Shown here: positions 40,923 to 50,382 of the stretch, one piece after another
How the letters are laid out: every line of letters begins with the position of its first letter
Position numbering within the stretch: the stretch's first letter is position 1
Assembly (NCBI GenBank): GCA_038106355.1
Contig: JAYODQ010000001.1
Span: forward strand, 40,683 to 104,682
DNA from: Candidatus Poseidoniales archaeon
GTDB taxonomy: Archaea; Thermoplasmatota; Poseidoniia; Poseidoniales; Poseidoniaceae
DNA: 64,000 nt
Direction of reading: 5' to 3'
Position numbers and translations under genes: made by a program
Notes under the pieces: model-generated
The model's database searches: none
The model's input: only the letters and a program-made list of their open reading frames with translations
What the model was told of the DNA's origin: nothing

Positions 40923-41671
40923 AGATAATGTCAGACCAGATATACATCACCGATTCATTTGGGTTCAACTATGTTCTTATCAAACCTCATTCGTTTATGA
41001 TGGGTGATGCTTCAGGTAAGGATTTGAGAGCCTCCCCCTCGCATGAGGTTGAGATTACAGAACCTTTTTTTGTCGCAGAGACCCTCTGCACTCAAGGCCT
41101 TTGGAACGGACTTTTGCATGAGAATCCATCAAAACATCAATCAGATTTGAATTCATTTTTCCAACCAGTTGAGTCAGTCTCTTTTGATGAAGTAAAGAAG
41201 ATGATTGACTTTCGCAATCAAAGGGCTGAAGATTCAACATTTCTTGGTTTGAAAGGTGTTTGGCGATTGCCAAGTGAGGCAGAATGGGAATGCTTTGCGA
41301 GAGCTGGTACAACAGGATCTTGGAGTTTTGGTGATGATGAACATGAGTTGTCAACATACGGATGGTATGGAGCAAATTCAGGAGCGAAATTACACAAAGT
41401 CAAGGGGAAAAAGGCCAACCCTTGGAACCTCTTCGATATTCATGGTCTTGTTTCCGAATGGTGTGAAGACAAGTGGAACGACTCTTACAACACAAGAAGA
41501 ACTCAAATACCCTATCAAGCAAATTCGAATCAACGTGTCGTTCGAGGTGGTTCTTGGTTTACAGATGGCACTTCAACGACTTCCTTTCATCGCTCATATG
41601 CTCTTGAAACAAAGAAAAGTGATGGCATTGGTTTTCGATTCGTATGGGAACCAACGGAGGCAATGCAATGA
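40919..41671 (+). CDS. Formylglycine-generating-enzyme family protein (SUMF1/EgtB C-terminal-domain-like)
   Basis: RLPSEAEWECFARAG, RVVRGGSWF and GFRFVWE motifs. 250 aa stand-alone domain. The start GTG overlaps the upstream stop (GTGA). Confidence 0.7.
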   Translation: MKIMSDQIYITDSFGFNYVLIKPHSFMMGDASGKDLRASPSHEVEITEPFFVAETLCTQGLWNGLLHENPSKHQSDLNSFFQPVESVSFDEVKKMIDFRNQRAEDSTFLGLKGVWRLPSEAEWECFARAGTTGSWSFGDDEHELSTYGWYGANSGAKLHKVKGKKANPWNLFDIHGLVSEWCEDKWNDSYNTRRTQIPYQANSNQRVVRGGSWFTDGTSTTSFHRSYALETKKSDGIGFRFVWEPTEAMQ

Positions 41672-42018
41672 AACTATTTCACAATCCACGATGCTCCAAA
41701 TCACGAACTGCAATGCAATTTTTGACCAATCGGGACCTTGAGGTGGAGGTTGTTGCTTACCTTGAAGTCGGATTAAGTCTTGATGAAGCCCAATTGATTG
41801 TTCAAAATTACAAAGGAGAGTTTTCTGATTTACTGAGGAACAGTACTCAAATTGAGACAAAAAATCTTTCAAAGCAACAAAAAATTCAATTGTTGCTCGA
41901 ACATTTTGAACATCTTCAACGGCCACTTTTACTGACTCAAAATGATTGTGTTATCGGACGACCACTAGAAAATTTTTCTCAAATAAAGCGACTGTCAAGG
42001 TATTTCGCCGTCGAGTAA
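41668..42018 (+). CDS. arsC: ArsC/Spx/YffB-family thioredoxin-fold protein (arsenate reductase-like)
   Basis: MKLFHNPRCSKSRTAMQFL N-terminal redox motif (HNPxCSKSR). ATGA overlap with the upstream stop. Confidence 0.6.
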   Translation: MKLFHNPRCSKSRTAMQFLTNRDLEVEVVAYLEVGLSLDEAQLIVQNYKGEFSDLLRNSTQIETKNLSKQQKIQLLLEHFEHLQRPLLLTQNDCVIGRPLENFSQIKRLSRYFAVE

Positions 42019-42498
42019 TTGAGTCTCAAAAAAATCTTCGTCAACATTCGACAACGTTTGTCCTTTTGGCGTCAAGCCTGGGCCGACATTCCATTTCCCA
42101 TCAAGAGGGTCTTGAAGAACAAGCATCAAATTGAGTTTCATGAATTGAAGGATGGCTAATTCGGTTCGATGAAGAACTGGGCTGATCTCATCGTGAAATG
42201 TATCGTTCATCGTTTGACAAATTTCATTGAATGTTCTATGGCCATCGCATAACTCCCATACAATGCTGTTCATGTTGTCAAGGGGTCGTTTCAATTCTCT
42301 CGGTGCACGAAAAATTCGAGCAAGCATGCGTTCAAATCGGTTGAACTTTTTTTCGATGCGTAGAGTAATTCTCTTGCCAGAAACCCCTCGTGTTTGAGGT
42401 TGCTTACTAATTTCTCCGTGTCTCGCCCACCACACAGGGAGGCGACAAGGATATGTCCCTGCCATACGGTGTTCTTCAAGTCCCTCTAATTCGACCAT
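41995..42498 (-). CDS. Hypothetical protein, weak PqqD-like (RiPP recognition element) resemblance
   Basis: SIVWELCDGHRTFNEICQTMNDTF resembles the PqqD W.L.DG..T..EI core. It is convergent with the arsC-like gene and overlaps its 3' end by 24 nt. Confidence 0.3.
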   Translation of the reverse strand: MVELEGLEEHRMAGTYPCRLPVWWARHGEISKQPQTRGVSGKRITLRIEKKFNRFERMLARIFRAPRELKRPLDNMNSIVWELCDGHRTFNEICQTMNDTFHDEISPVLHRTELAILQFMKLNLMLVLQDPLDGKWNVGPGLTPKGQTLSNVDEDFFETQLLDGEIP

Positions 42499-42506
42499 TC
42501 AATCAC

Positions 42507-42692
42507 CTAATACGAGGTAAATGTCCACCAGACAAGAAGCAGCATTGAAGTAACACCGGAGAGGGCCGTGAGCCTTGTGAGTTGAACCCGTTGCGTGAAA
42601 TTACGAAGATACCACGTCAAGACCCCAAACGCCGAAACCAAAAGTAAGAGCCCATACCAAAGTGGTGGAAACGTGTTCATCTCCTGAGCCAT
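42507..42692 (-). CDS. Small two-TM membrane protein (61 aa), speculative
   Basis: Two hydrophobic helices (LWYGLLLLVSAFGVLTWYL; LSGVTSMLLLVWWTF). Sits in the same orientation between the surface giant and the PqqD-like gene. Confidence 0.25.
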   Translation of the reverse strand: MAQEMNTFPPLWYGLLLLVSAFGVLTWYLRNFTQRVQLTRLTALSGVTSMLLLVWWTFTSY

Positions 42693-42726
42693 GGTGGTGC
42701 TAAAAGCCAGTGAACTTAGTGTTTAT

Positions 42727-45700
42727 TCATAGTGTTCCATCAAGGTATTGTTGCCCGTAATAGTGCCATTGCTCCATTGTCCACCCAACTGGCAATCCCC
42801 CCTCTGGTAACGGGGGTCCTGATTGAACCACTGGTTCAGTAGAAACAGTTGATTCAACATTGAACTGTGGTGTCTGTGGATGTTGAGTTTCATGTTGAGT
42901 TTGCATTGATGTTTCCAAAGTTGCCTGAATTTCGCTAATTGGGGGGCCGCTCTGTTGAACAGGAGCGATTTCTTCTTCGATTTCTTCGAGCACACTTCTG
43001 CGACGTAATATGAAGAGCAAACTTACCAAAAGCAAGACACCTCCACCTCCAAAGATTGCAATTTGCTGCGTGCTCATGCCGTCATCGATTGGCTCCTGCT
43101 CAAATATCATTGAAACGGTGAACGATTGCGATTTGGAAAGATCTTCCGTGTAAACTTCGATAACAATGTCTCCCTCTAGAATTCCCCCGAATCGGCGAGC
43201 TTCACATTCAACCGTTTGTCTTTGTTCAATCGACATACCCGGCTGAAGAGAAAATTGTAGCGGTTCAGTATCATACAGAACTTTTTGACAGAGGATTTGC
43301 CAGCTTTCTGGATGTTCGATGGCTACAAAAATTACCTCGGGTTGTGATGAAGTGCTTGAAATATTTACATAGAATGGCGATGCCAAATTATACTCAATCT
43401 TCTCTGTTGAAACTTGTGAAGTGCCGAAGTTAAGCGTTCTTTTTTTCGTGACCATCATCATTGCTTCGGTTTCCATAGTGTATGGTAGTCCATTTTCGTC
43501 CAATGCCCCCATGATTTCATAGGTAATAACGATACGAGAATTCAACGAAAGATCATCTGGTAACAAAAGTTCAGTACGCAACACAATTTCTTCCGATGGA
43601 AGCAACTGAAGTTGCACGTTTTGGTTGAGTTGCCTATCTCCTCCATTGACGGTGAAAAATGCTACGATATCTGCATTTGGAGGGTGGACAGATAGACTGG
43701 CTTTTACTGAAAGTCTATCGTCCACTGCGTTTCCTAAATTTGTCAAAATTGATTCTGCAAATCCGGACCCTCCGCTCTCAACTTCTGTTGATTGATTCCC
43801 AAGCGTTAGCATCGGAATGCGTATTGAGCTTGTGATAATGGTAAATTCAATGGCGTTATTTTCAGTGTTGAGGTCTTGACCATTTATCGTTTGAGCTACA
43901 ACTTCAATGGTGTGAAATTCCCCTGCTCCTTCCTTGTTCGGCAAGAACATCCAAACTGATATGGTAAGAATATCTTCGAGGTCATAAGGTGCACTCAATT
44001 CAATGTTGTCTTGAATGAGAGTTCCATGTTCATCCACAATCCACCATTCCCAGGTCTCAGGTAACTCAGGAAAAGAAATGTTCACGTCCGACTGGCCATT
44101 GCCGAGGTTTGATAATTCAAGTAGAATTTCGTTTGCTTGACCAGGAGTAAGTTTCTGAGGTATGTTAACTTCTTCAAGTTGTACATCGTAAAATGTATTG
44201 ACGCGAAAGCGGTCAAATTCTGAACCCCGAATTTCCATAAAACTTCGTTGAGATTGAATAATTGGGGTGATGATTGGCCCTCTATCTCCGCCTTGTGCAT
44301 TTTCTGGAACATCGATGACAATATCGAAGGTTGTTGAGGTTCCTGAATTAAGTACAGCATTTGTCCTTGTTGGTTGATGGACAACCCACTGGCCAGCATC
44401 GACAGTTTCAACAGACATGTCAAAGATATCTTGTCGACTTGCATTATTCCAAATTGTAAAGGAAAGTGTAAATGAGTCACCGGGATCAACAAAATGTAGT
44501 CCGCCGGCAAAGGTTGGTGAAACATCAACGCTTGCATCACTGAGCATCGATGCTGAAACACCAACACTCGATGTGATTGACCTTCTTGTGTCGTTTTGTG
44601 CTGTGATTGTGAATTCGAATTCTGACATTGTATCAGGTAAAGCATCGATTGGAATTGAGAGAATAAATCCAATGTTTAGAGGTTGATTTGGACGTAACAA
44701 TACACTCGTTGCCTGATTCCAGTCAAATTGCACATTCCAATTTGAGGGGAGTTGTGTGGCATCTATACTCATATCAAAGACATCAGTTGCAGCACCAATA
44801 TTTTCAACTCTCACTTCAAATGGACATGAATAGGTGGGGGGGCAACTTGGTTTTGGAGATGCGGGATGTATCACAGGAATTCTATCTGCAAGAACTTGAT
44901 ATTGCAAATTCACATTTGTCGTGATCGATGGATATAATTCCGAATACAGTTTGAGTTGCATCGGATGGAATCCAATGGAAGTATTTGGGCCAGGTTTGAA
45001 CTTCACATCGAACAGATGAGGTTGTCCAGGCGTTACTATGACGCCGTCGAGTGGGTCGAAACTGGTTCCGGTCGTTCTTGAATAATACACTTCCCAATCC
45101 TGTGGCAAATTCAATATTTCTGGTATGAACGTTTCAGATATATTTCCTGTATTTGTGACTTCAATTCGAATGCTACCCCACTCATTAGGCAATGACGGAA
45201 CACTTGATTTTCCTTGACCTGAAACTCCATATTCGGATTGCCTAACTTTTTGGTCGTACAGAACGATGATTTCATCAAACCAAAACCCGATATCATTTCC
45301 ACTAACATCACTTTGGAATAAAAATCGAAATTGAGAATTCTGATGGAAATATTGTGAGTTTATGGGTACAATGGGTGATGCAGCACCTTTGTCAGCGAGG
45401 CTAAAAGTGAGCCAATTTGCACCGTCAAGAAATGTGCTATCAACAGTTCCTTGAAGTGTTCCAAGGTCATTCCAAGCACCGAGTGAACTCAAAGCTTGCA
45501 TTTTTATGGTATCATTGGGAGCAAGGCTTCCTGTGTAGTAGAAGGAGATTCCATTGGTTCGAAGTGGATTCGGATGCGCATCCGAAAGGTCCATGGCAGG
45601 AAAAACAAGCGCACTTTGTAAATTGTTTGGATAGGTTGACGCTTCTCCGTTACCAATGTGGCATGCAGTTCCCATCGAAATGGAGGTATCTGAATTTAGA

Positions 45701-46320
45701 TTCCACGAGGAACCAGCAGTCCATCCAGTCAAGGTATCGCAATTGAAATATCGATAGGCGACAGTGAAAAATCGAGAAACATCATTGTTTGTTGGATCAT
45801 CATCAGTAATCGTTGGCGTGACAGTAATAGCAAGTGAATGATTTCCCGAATATGTCGGAGTCAATTTTACAGATGCTGTACTTTGTGAACCCCCCGATAT
45901 TTGGCTGATTTGAGTTGAAGCAGTTGCAATTTCAAAATATGAGTATTCATTGTGGAGTATTTTTGCAGATACGGTTACCACACCTGATGATGCAGTGCCT
46001 AGATTTTCGATGATGATATCAATTTGACTTTCGACATTCACTACGGCGTCAATGGCAAAAAGTGACTGTGGCCGGTTGAATCCTGCAATTGGATAATTTG
46101 ACGAAAACATTCGATATTTTGTTGAATTTGATGAATCAGGATAGAATATTGAGATGCCTGATACGGTCAGGTCTACACCAGTTGCACGGCCAGACGCTTG
46201 TTCGGCTTGAGGAATTTCCAATTGTTGCATAGGATGGGTCAATGGAAAAATCATCAAAATGCACAGAAGTATAGAAACGACCGCCCCCCTCATTCCGCTC
46301 GTTTCGCCACAGCGATTCAA
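42727..46320 (-). CDS. Giant cell-surface protein (1197 aa) with signal peptide, C-terminal TM anchor and ~130 aa Pro/Gln-rich cytoplasmic tail
   Basis: Signal peptide MRGAVVSILLCILMIFPLT. Long Thr/Ser/Asn-rich beta-type extracellular region. IFGGGGVLLLVSLLFILRRRS anchor. Confidence 0.55.
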   Translation of the reverse strand: MNRCGETSGMRGAVVSILLCILMIFPLTHPMQQLEIPQAEQASGRATGVDLTVSGISIFYPDSSNSTKYRMFSSNYPIAGFNRPQSLFAIDAVVNVESQIDIIIENLGTASSGVVTVSAKILHNEYSYFEIATASTQISQISGGSQSTASVKLTPTYSGNHSLAITVTPTITDDDPTNNDVSRFFTVAYRYFNCDTLTGWTAGSSWNLNSDTSISMGTACHIGNGEASTYPNNLQSALVFPAMDLSDAHPNPLRTNGISFYYTGSLAPNDTIKMQALSSLGAWNDLGTLQGTVDSTFLDGANWLTFSLADKGAASPIVPINSQYFHQNSQFRFLFQSDVSGNDIGFWFDEIIVLYDQKVRQSEYGVSGQGKSSVPSLPNEWGSIRIEVTNTGNISETFIPEILNLPQDWEVYYSRTTGTSFDPLDGVIVTPGQPHLFDVKFKPGPNTSIGFHPMQLKLYSELYPSITTNVNLQYQVLADRIPVIHPASPKPSCPPTYSCPFEVRVENIGAATDVFDMSIDATQLPSNWNVQFDWNQATSVLLRPNQPLNIGFILSIPIDALPDTMSEFEFTITAQNDTRRSITSSVGVSASMLSDASVDVSPTFAGGLHFVDPGDSFTLSFTIWNNASRQDIFDMSVETVDAGQWVVHQPTRTNAVLNSGTSTTFDIVIDVPENAQGGDRGPIITPIIQSQRSFMEIRGSEFDRFRVNTFYDVQLEEVNIPQKLTPGQANEILLELSNLGNGQSDVNISFPELPETWEWWIVDEHGTLIQDNIELSAPYDLEDILTISVWMFLPNKEGAGEFHTIEVVAQTINGQDLNTENNAIEFTIITSSIRIPMLTLGNQSTEVESGGSGFAESILTNLGNAVDDRLSVKASLSVHPPNADIVAFFTVNGGDRQLNQNVQLQLLPSEEIVLRTELLLPDDLSLNSRIVITYEIMGALDENGLPYTMETEAMMMVTKKRTLNFGTSQVSTEKIEYNLASPFYVNISSTSSQPEVIFVAIEHPESWQILCQKVLYDTEPLQFSLQPGMSIEQRQTVECEARRFGGILEGDIVIEVYTEDLSKSQSFTVSMIFEQEPIDDGMSTQQIAIFGGGGVLLLVSLLFILRRRSVLEEIEEEIAPVQQSGPPISEIQATLETSMQTQHETQHPQTPQFNVESTVSTEPVVQSGPPLPEGGLPVGWTMEQWHYYGQQYLDGTL

Positions 46321-46346
46321 AGTATATATGAGAGATGTTCAGAAGT

Positions 46347-47231
46347 TTATTCCTCTTCTTCGTGATTTGAAGCAGATACAGATTCACTTACCTTCACCTG
46401 AGACAAGCGTACTTTTTCCTCATTCCTTTTTTCCTTGCTCCTGGCTGCGATGTACACTGTGAATGAGGGCACGAGGATCATTGCAAAACAGCCGATGACG
46501 GCCGCGAGTGCCCACAAAAATTCTGTAGCAGCATCGATGTGAAACAATGCAATAGTTCCAAATTCTTCATTGACTGTTGTGATTGAAATTGTTGGTTGGG
46601 TTGACCTGTTCCCAAATTCGATTACTTCAATCGTGTATATCGAAGGAGAATGAGTGTAGGTAATCAGTGCTCGCGCTTTAAGTTCTGCATCCTCAATAGA
46701 TGAAGCATGAACTGTTCCATTGGAGCGTCGAGCTGGGTCTGGGTCGGTGAGGGTTGCGATAAAGAGGGAATCTCCTTCTTCGAGTTGTTTTTCGTGAACA
46801 GTACTTTTTGAGCATTCGATTGAACACACAAAATCTTCACTTGGATTGCCAGATAAATGCACATTGATTCCGAGTGAGGGGTGACTGTAGGTTCCTGCTG
46901 AGTTCAAAACCCTCAATGTCGCAGACGATGACAACCCTTCAGCCGAAACATTCACCCATGTGAGATTCATTGGATTTGCAGGGATATACCAAGTCCAAGT
47001 GGTTTGGTTGAATTCTTGGTTGTAATATGTTTGGTTCGCATTGCCTTCATATGTTTCGACATTTGAATCGGTTTGGTACAGGTAATAGGACGGAGAGATG
47101 GTTGCCCCATAAACGGCGTAAGCCAGCAAAAAAACCAATGTAAACGATAGACCAAGAAGAGTTCTTAGAAGGTTGGGATTTTGTGCCAGAGCCTTCTTCA
47201 TGATGATTGCGAACGAAACCATCTTCATCAA
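46347..47231 (-). CDS. Surface protein with N-terminal signal/TM and C-terminal TM anchor (294 aa)
   Basis: N-terminal LLGLSFTLVFLLAYAVYG. C-terminal LWALAAVIGCFAMILVPSFTVYIAARSKEKR. Probably co-transcribed with the 1197 aa protein. Confidence 0.45.
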   Translation of the reverse strand: MMKMVSFAIIMKKALAQNPNLLRTLLGLSFTLVFLLAYAVYGATISPSYYLYQTDSNVETYEGNANQTYYNQEFNQTTWTWYIPANPMNLTWVNVSAEGLSSSATLRVLNSAGTYSHPSLGINVHLSGNPSEDFVCSIECSKSTVHEKQLEEGDSLFIATLTDPDPARRSNGTVHASSIEDAELKARALITYTHSPSIYTIEVIEFGNRSTQPTISITTVNEEFGTIALFHIDAATEFLWALAAVIGCFAMILVPSFTVYIAARSKEKRNEEKVRLSQVKVSESVSASNHEEEE

Positions 47232-47290
47232 GTCTTGTATATCTCAAATCGAGAAACAGCATTGAAATTACACCTCAAACGATGCGTTGT

Positions 47291-47299
47291 TTTCATATA
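47291..47299 (+). promoter_or_regulatory. Candidate TATA box (TTTCATATA) for the S19e-led ribosomal protein operon
   Basis: AT-rich element about 37 nt upstream of ATG 47336. Consistent with a short or leaderless archaeal transcript. Confidence 0.25.
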
Positions 47300-47335
47300 G
47301 GGGTGGAGGGTGGCCAACTTGCTCGGTGTGTATTT

Positions 47336-47833
47336 ATGACGACTGCGTATGATATTCCTGCGGATACTATGATTGCTGCATTAAGCACTGCACTCACAGA
47401 AAATGGCCATGTTTCGATGCCAGAATGGGCAGAACATGTCAAGACAGGTGCAAACAGGGAATTACCACCATCCCAACCGGATTGGTGGGCTACCCGCTGT
47501 GCTGCAATTCTTCGCAAAGTGTACCGCAATGGTCCGGTAGGTGTGACTCATCTATCCCAAGAATTCGGTGGAAAGAAGAACTACGGCTCCAAGCCTAACC
47601 GACCAGTCGCAGGATCTCGCCACATTATCAGAACCGCTCTCCAACAACTTGAATCTGCTGGCTTGGTTGAAAAAGTCGAAAGCAGACGCATTGAAGGTGA
47701 AGATGGTGACGACGATGTCCAACTCTACGCCGGTAGGGTCGTGACATCAACTGGACAATCCTTCGTCGATAACATCGCCCACGCAGTTCGTGGCGAGGTT
47801 GAAGAACAATACCCTGGTTTGAGCAAATACTGA
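47336..47833 (+). CDS. rps19e: 30S ribosomal protein S19e
   Basis: MTTAYDIPADTMIAALSTAL...PEWAEHVKTGANRELPP matches the S19e N-terminus. Start moved to Met 47336 (track ORF starts 47207). Confidence 0.85.
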   Translation: MTTAYDIPADTMIAALSTALTENGHVSMPEWAEHVKTGANRELPPSQPDWWATRCAAILRKVYRNGPVGVTHLSQEFGGKKNYGSKPNRPVAGSRHIIRTALQQLESAGLVEKVESRRIEGEDGDDDVQLYAGRVVTSTGQSFVDNIAHAVRGEVEEQYPGLSKY

Positions 47834-47849
47834 ATTTGGTTGTGGAAAG

Positions 47850-48218
47850 GTGGAGGTGGTGTCGATGACTCATGATCATGAACTCGACATGCTCCGGCAA
47901 CAACGAAGGGCAGAATTGCAACGAGAGATTCAACAACAAGTCCTAGAGCGAGAAGAACAAGAAGTTCAACGCCAACAAAAATTGGTGGCACAAGAACAAG
48001 TTGAAACTTTCATACGGCTTCATCTTTCATCAGAGGCAAAAACGCGCCTTACACAACTCACACTAGCCAACCTTGCGAAAGCTGAACAAATAAAAATTCA
48101 GTTGGTCAAACACATCCAAGAAGGAATGCTAACTAGTCCCGTGTCGGATGAACAGTTCAAATCGTTCCTTGAATCAATTTCCAAGAGCCGTAGAGATACG
48201 TCAATCCGAAGAATCTGA
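47850..48218 (+). CDS. DNA-binding protein, PDCD5/TFAR19 homologue (COG2118)
   Basis: Coiled-coil [20 protein letters not shown] start. Canonical position between rps19e and rpl39e. Confidence 0.75.
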   Translation: MEVVSMTHDHELDMLRQQRRAELQREIQQQVLEREEQEVQRQQKLVAQEQVETFIRLHLSSEAKTRLTQLTLANLAKAEQIKIQLVKHIQEGMLTSPVSDEQFKSFLESISKSRRDTSIRRI

Positions 48219-48231
48219 GAAGGTGCTCAAA

Positions 48232-48387
48232 ATGTCAAGAAATAAACCAGCAGCAAAAAAAATACGATTGAATAAAGTTACCAAACAGAACCGACGTGTT
48301 CCGGTTTGGGTGATGTTAAAAACGAACAGAAACACGGTATCTCATCCCAAGAGACACCACTGGAGAAGGAGCAAACTCCAACGTTGA
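48232..48387 (+). CDS. rpl39e: 50S ribosomal protein L39e
   Basis: [31 protein letters not shown], 51 aa. Start at ATG 48232. Confidence 0.9.
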   Translation: MSRNKPAAKKIRLNKVTKQNRRVPVWVMLKTNRNTVSHPKRHHWRRSKLQR

Positions 48388-48396
48388 GGTGATCAC

Positions 48397-48675
48397 ATGG
48401 CACGAGGTAAAGAATCGGAATTAACCGTTCCATTGCGAAGAGCTTGGAATATTACGAGGTTTAAGCGAGCTCCTAGAGCAATGCAAATCATTCGAGAAGA
48501 AGTCATTCGACATTGTAAAGTTCAAGAAGATGAAACCATTTACATTGATGAAAATGTGAACAAGCACATCTGGTCAAGAGGCATTGAAAACCCTCCACGA
48601 AAAATACGTCTGCTTTTAATTCGACACGATGTTCCTGATATGCCAGATGTCGAAGTTCGATTGTATGAGGAGTGA
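48397..48675 (+). CDS. rpl31e: 50S ribosomal protein L31e
   Basis: 92 aa. VPLRRAWNITRFKRAPRAMQIIRE is typical of L31e. Confidence 0.85.
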   Translation: MARGKESELTVPLRRAWNITRFKRAPRAMQIIREEVIRHCKVQEDETIYIDENVNKHIWSRGIENPPRKIRLLLIRHDVPDMPDVEVRLYEE

Positions 48676-48872
48676 TGAAGATGGGAAATATTCGACCGAG
48701 TTTCATTAAAGTACGCGCTATTCGCCTTGTGGAAGAGCATGGTGACAAATTCACAGATGATTTTGAACACAACAAACATGTTGTTACACAATTGACAGAT
48801 GTTGAATCTAAAAAATTACGTAACTGGATTGCTGGTTATGTTACCCGATATCGTCAAAGAAGGACAGACTAA
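48672..48872 (+). CDS. rps17e: 30S ribosomal protein S17e
   Basis: MGNIRPSFIKVRAI...KKLRNWIAGYVTRYRQRR matches S17e. ATGA overlap with rpl31e. Confidence 0.8.
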   Translation: MMKMGNIRPSFIKVRAIRLVEEHGDKFTDDFEHNKHVVTQLTDVESKKLRNWIAGYVTRYRQRRTD

Positions 48873-48884
48873 GGTGGTCTATAT

Positions 48885-49109
48885 TTGGCGGTCCGAGTCG
48901 ATTGGGACCGTCAACCAGTTAGCATTCATGCGAATGAATCAAGTGAGTTGGAACAGCTTATCCAATTTCTTCGATTGAAGTACAATTGTCGCAAACACTC
49001 TGTCATCATGAGAGACCGAGAACAAGGCGAGGGGTACCTCTTCTTTGTGTATCAAAACATTGACCCTCGATGGATTGTAGCATTTGTCCAAGGGGAGGGG
49101 TCAAAATAG
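48885..49109 (+). CDS. Hypothetical small protein (74 aa)
   Basis: ORF only, no motif recognised. Partly overlapped by the longer start option of the downstream methyltransferase. Confidence 0.25.
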   Translation: MAVRVDWDRQPVSIHANESSELEQLIQFLRLKYNCRKHSVIMRDREQGEGYLFFVYQNIDPRWIVAFVQGEGSK

Positions 49110-49933
49110 GTGACCGACAGAAGATTCCATTACCTACGTCGACCTTCACTTTGAAGGTAATTTTAGTAGGTACGTCCATCCCGGGAAATGTCGGTGCCAT
49201 TTGTCGTTCGATGCTAAATTACGGATTTGATGAGCTTAGTTTTGTATCGCCGCAGTGCGATATCTATTCAGATGAAGCAAGAAACCGTGCTAAACATGCA
49301 CAATGTGTCCTTGACCAAGCAATAATCTACAACAATTTTGAAGATTCAGTCAAAGATTGTACCTTGGTTTTTGGTACTTCGGGTAAGCGTGAGGTTGGTG
49401 AAAAAACTTCGAAGCGTCATTTCTTATATCCGTGGGAATTTGAACAAAAAATTGCTTCGTATGTAGGCAAAGTAGCTTTGGTTTTTGGTGAAGAAGGTAA
49501 GGGACTTTCTACTGAAGATTTACTGCGGTGTGATGACCTCATAACTTTACCAACTTGGGAGGGGTATCCAGTTGCTAATTTGAGCCATGCAGTTCATGCT
49601 CTCCTTTACGAATTGCAACGTGGTCGAGTTTTATCCAATCTTGGAAAAGACCCTGGATTGCCCGAGATAGTTCCAATTGCACGAACTATTTCACCCGAGT
49701 TGAGGCAAATTTTGAATCAAAGTATCGATGAACTTGGCCATGCATTACCTGGGCTGGAGGAACGAGGAGAGTCTTTCTCATCTGTTCTGAAGAGGTCAAC
49801 ACATCGTTCACAGCCAACCGAAGATGAAGCTACAAGGCTCATTGGTGGATTTGTTGATGCAACAACTGCTCTTCAAAAAGTCAATGAAGATGAGAATTGG
49901 CTCAAAAAACGGAGACGTCGAGTCAACGATTAA
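49070..49933 (+). CDS. trmJ: SPOUT (SpoU/TrmH) family RNA 2'-O-methyltransferase, TrmJ-like
   Basis: LKVILVGTSIPGNVGAICRSMLNYGFDELSFV, VALVFGEEGKGLS and NLSHAVHALLYE are colinear with TrmJ. The true start may be the TTG near 49151. Confidence 0.6.
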   Translation: MDCSICPRGGVKIGDRQKIPLPTSTFTLKVILVGTSIPGNVGAICRSMLNYGFDELSFVSPQCDIYSDEARNRAKHAQCVLDQAIIYNNFEDSVKDCTLVFGTSGKREVGEKTSKRHFLYPWEFEQKIASYVGKVALVFGEEGKGLSTEDLLRCDDLITLPTWEGYPVANLSHAVHALLYELQRGRVLSNLGKDPGLPEIVPIARTISPELRQILNQSIDELGHALPGLEERGESFSSVLKRSTHRSQPTEDEATRLIGGFVDATTALQKVNEDENWLKKRRRRVND

Positions 49934-50382
49934 TTTGCATACCATGAGGCCGTGCTTTTTGGTGTTTCACGGCAATGCATAGCAACAAGGCGCAAAGTAT
50001 TTCCATACGCTGTTTCAATATGCGGTTCGACTTGTTCAAAAGCCCACTTTGCTAAATTTTCCGCAGTAGGGATGAAAGGAACCACTACGGTTCTGTGGTC
50101 AGATGGTAAGCTTTCAAGGAGGTTACGAAGACCAACATCGGATTCTGCCACGACAAATGCGTGGTCAATAACATCATGGATGTGCACCTGAAGAATCTTG
50201 GATACATCGCTAAAATCCATGAGCATTCCTTCTTCAGATACCCCTTTCATTGTAACTACATCACCCTCGATCTCAGCTTCAAATCGATATCTATGACCAT
50301 GGATGTGTTTGCATTTTGATTTGTGATTTGGCACACGGTGTCCTGTATCGGTTTCTACATATCGACGAATTCTTGTGGTCAT
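49930..50382 (-). CDS. queD: 6-carboxy-5,6,7,8-tetrahydropterin synthase (QueD / PTPS family)
   Basis: [12 protein letters not shown] (CxxHGH zinc site), ~150 aa, adjacent to queC and queE. Confidence 0.75.
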   Translation of the reverse strand: MTTRIRRYVETDTGHRVPNHKSKCKHIHGHRYRFEAEIEGDVVTMKGVSEEGMLMDFSDVSKILQVHIHDVIDHAFVVAESDVGLRNLLESLPSDHRTVVVPFIPTAENLAKWAFEQVEPHIETAYGNTLRLVAMHCRETPKSTASWYAN

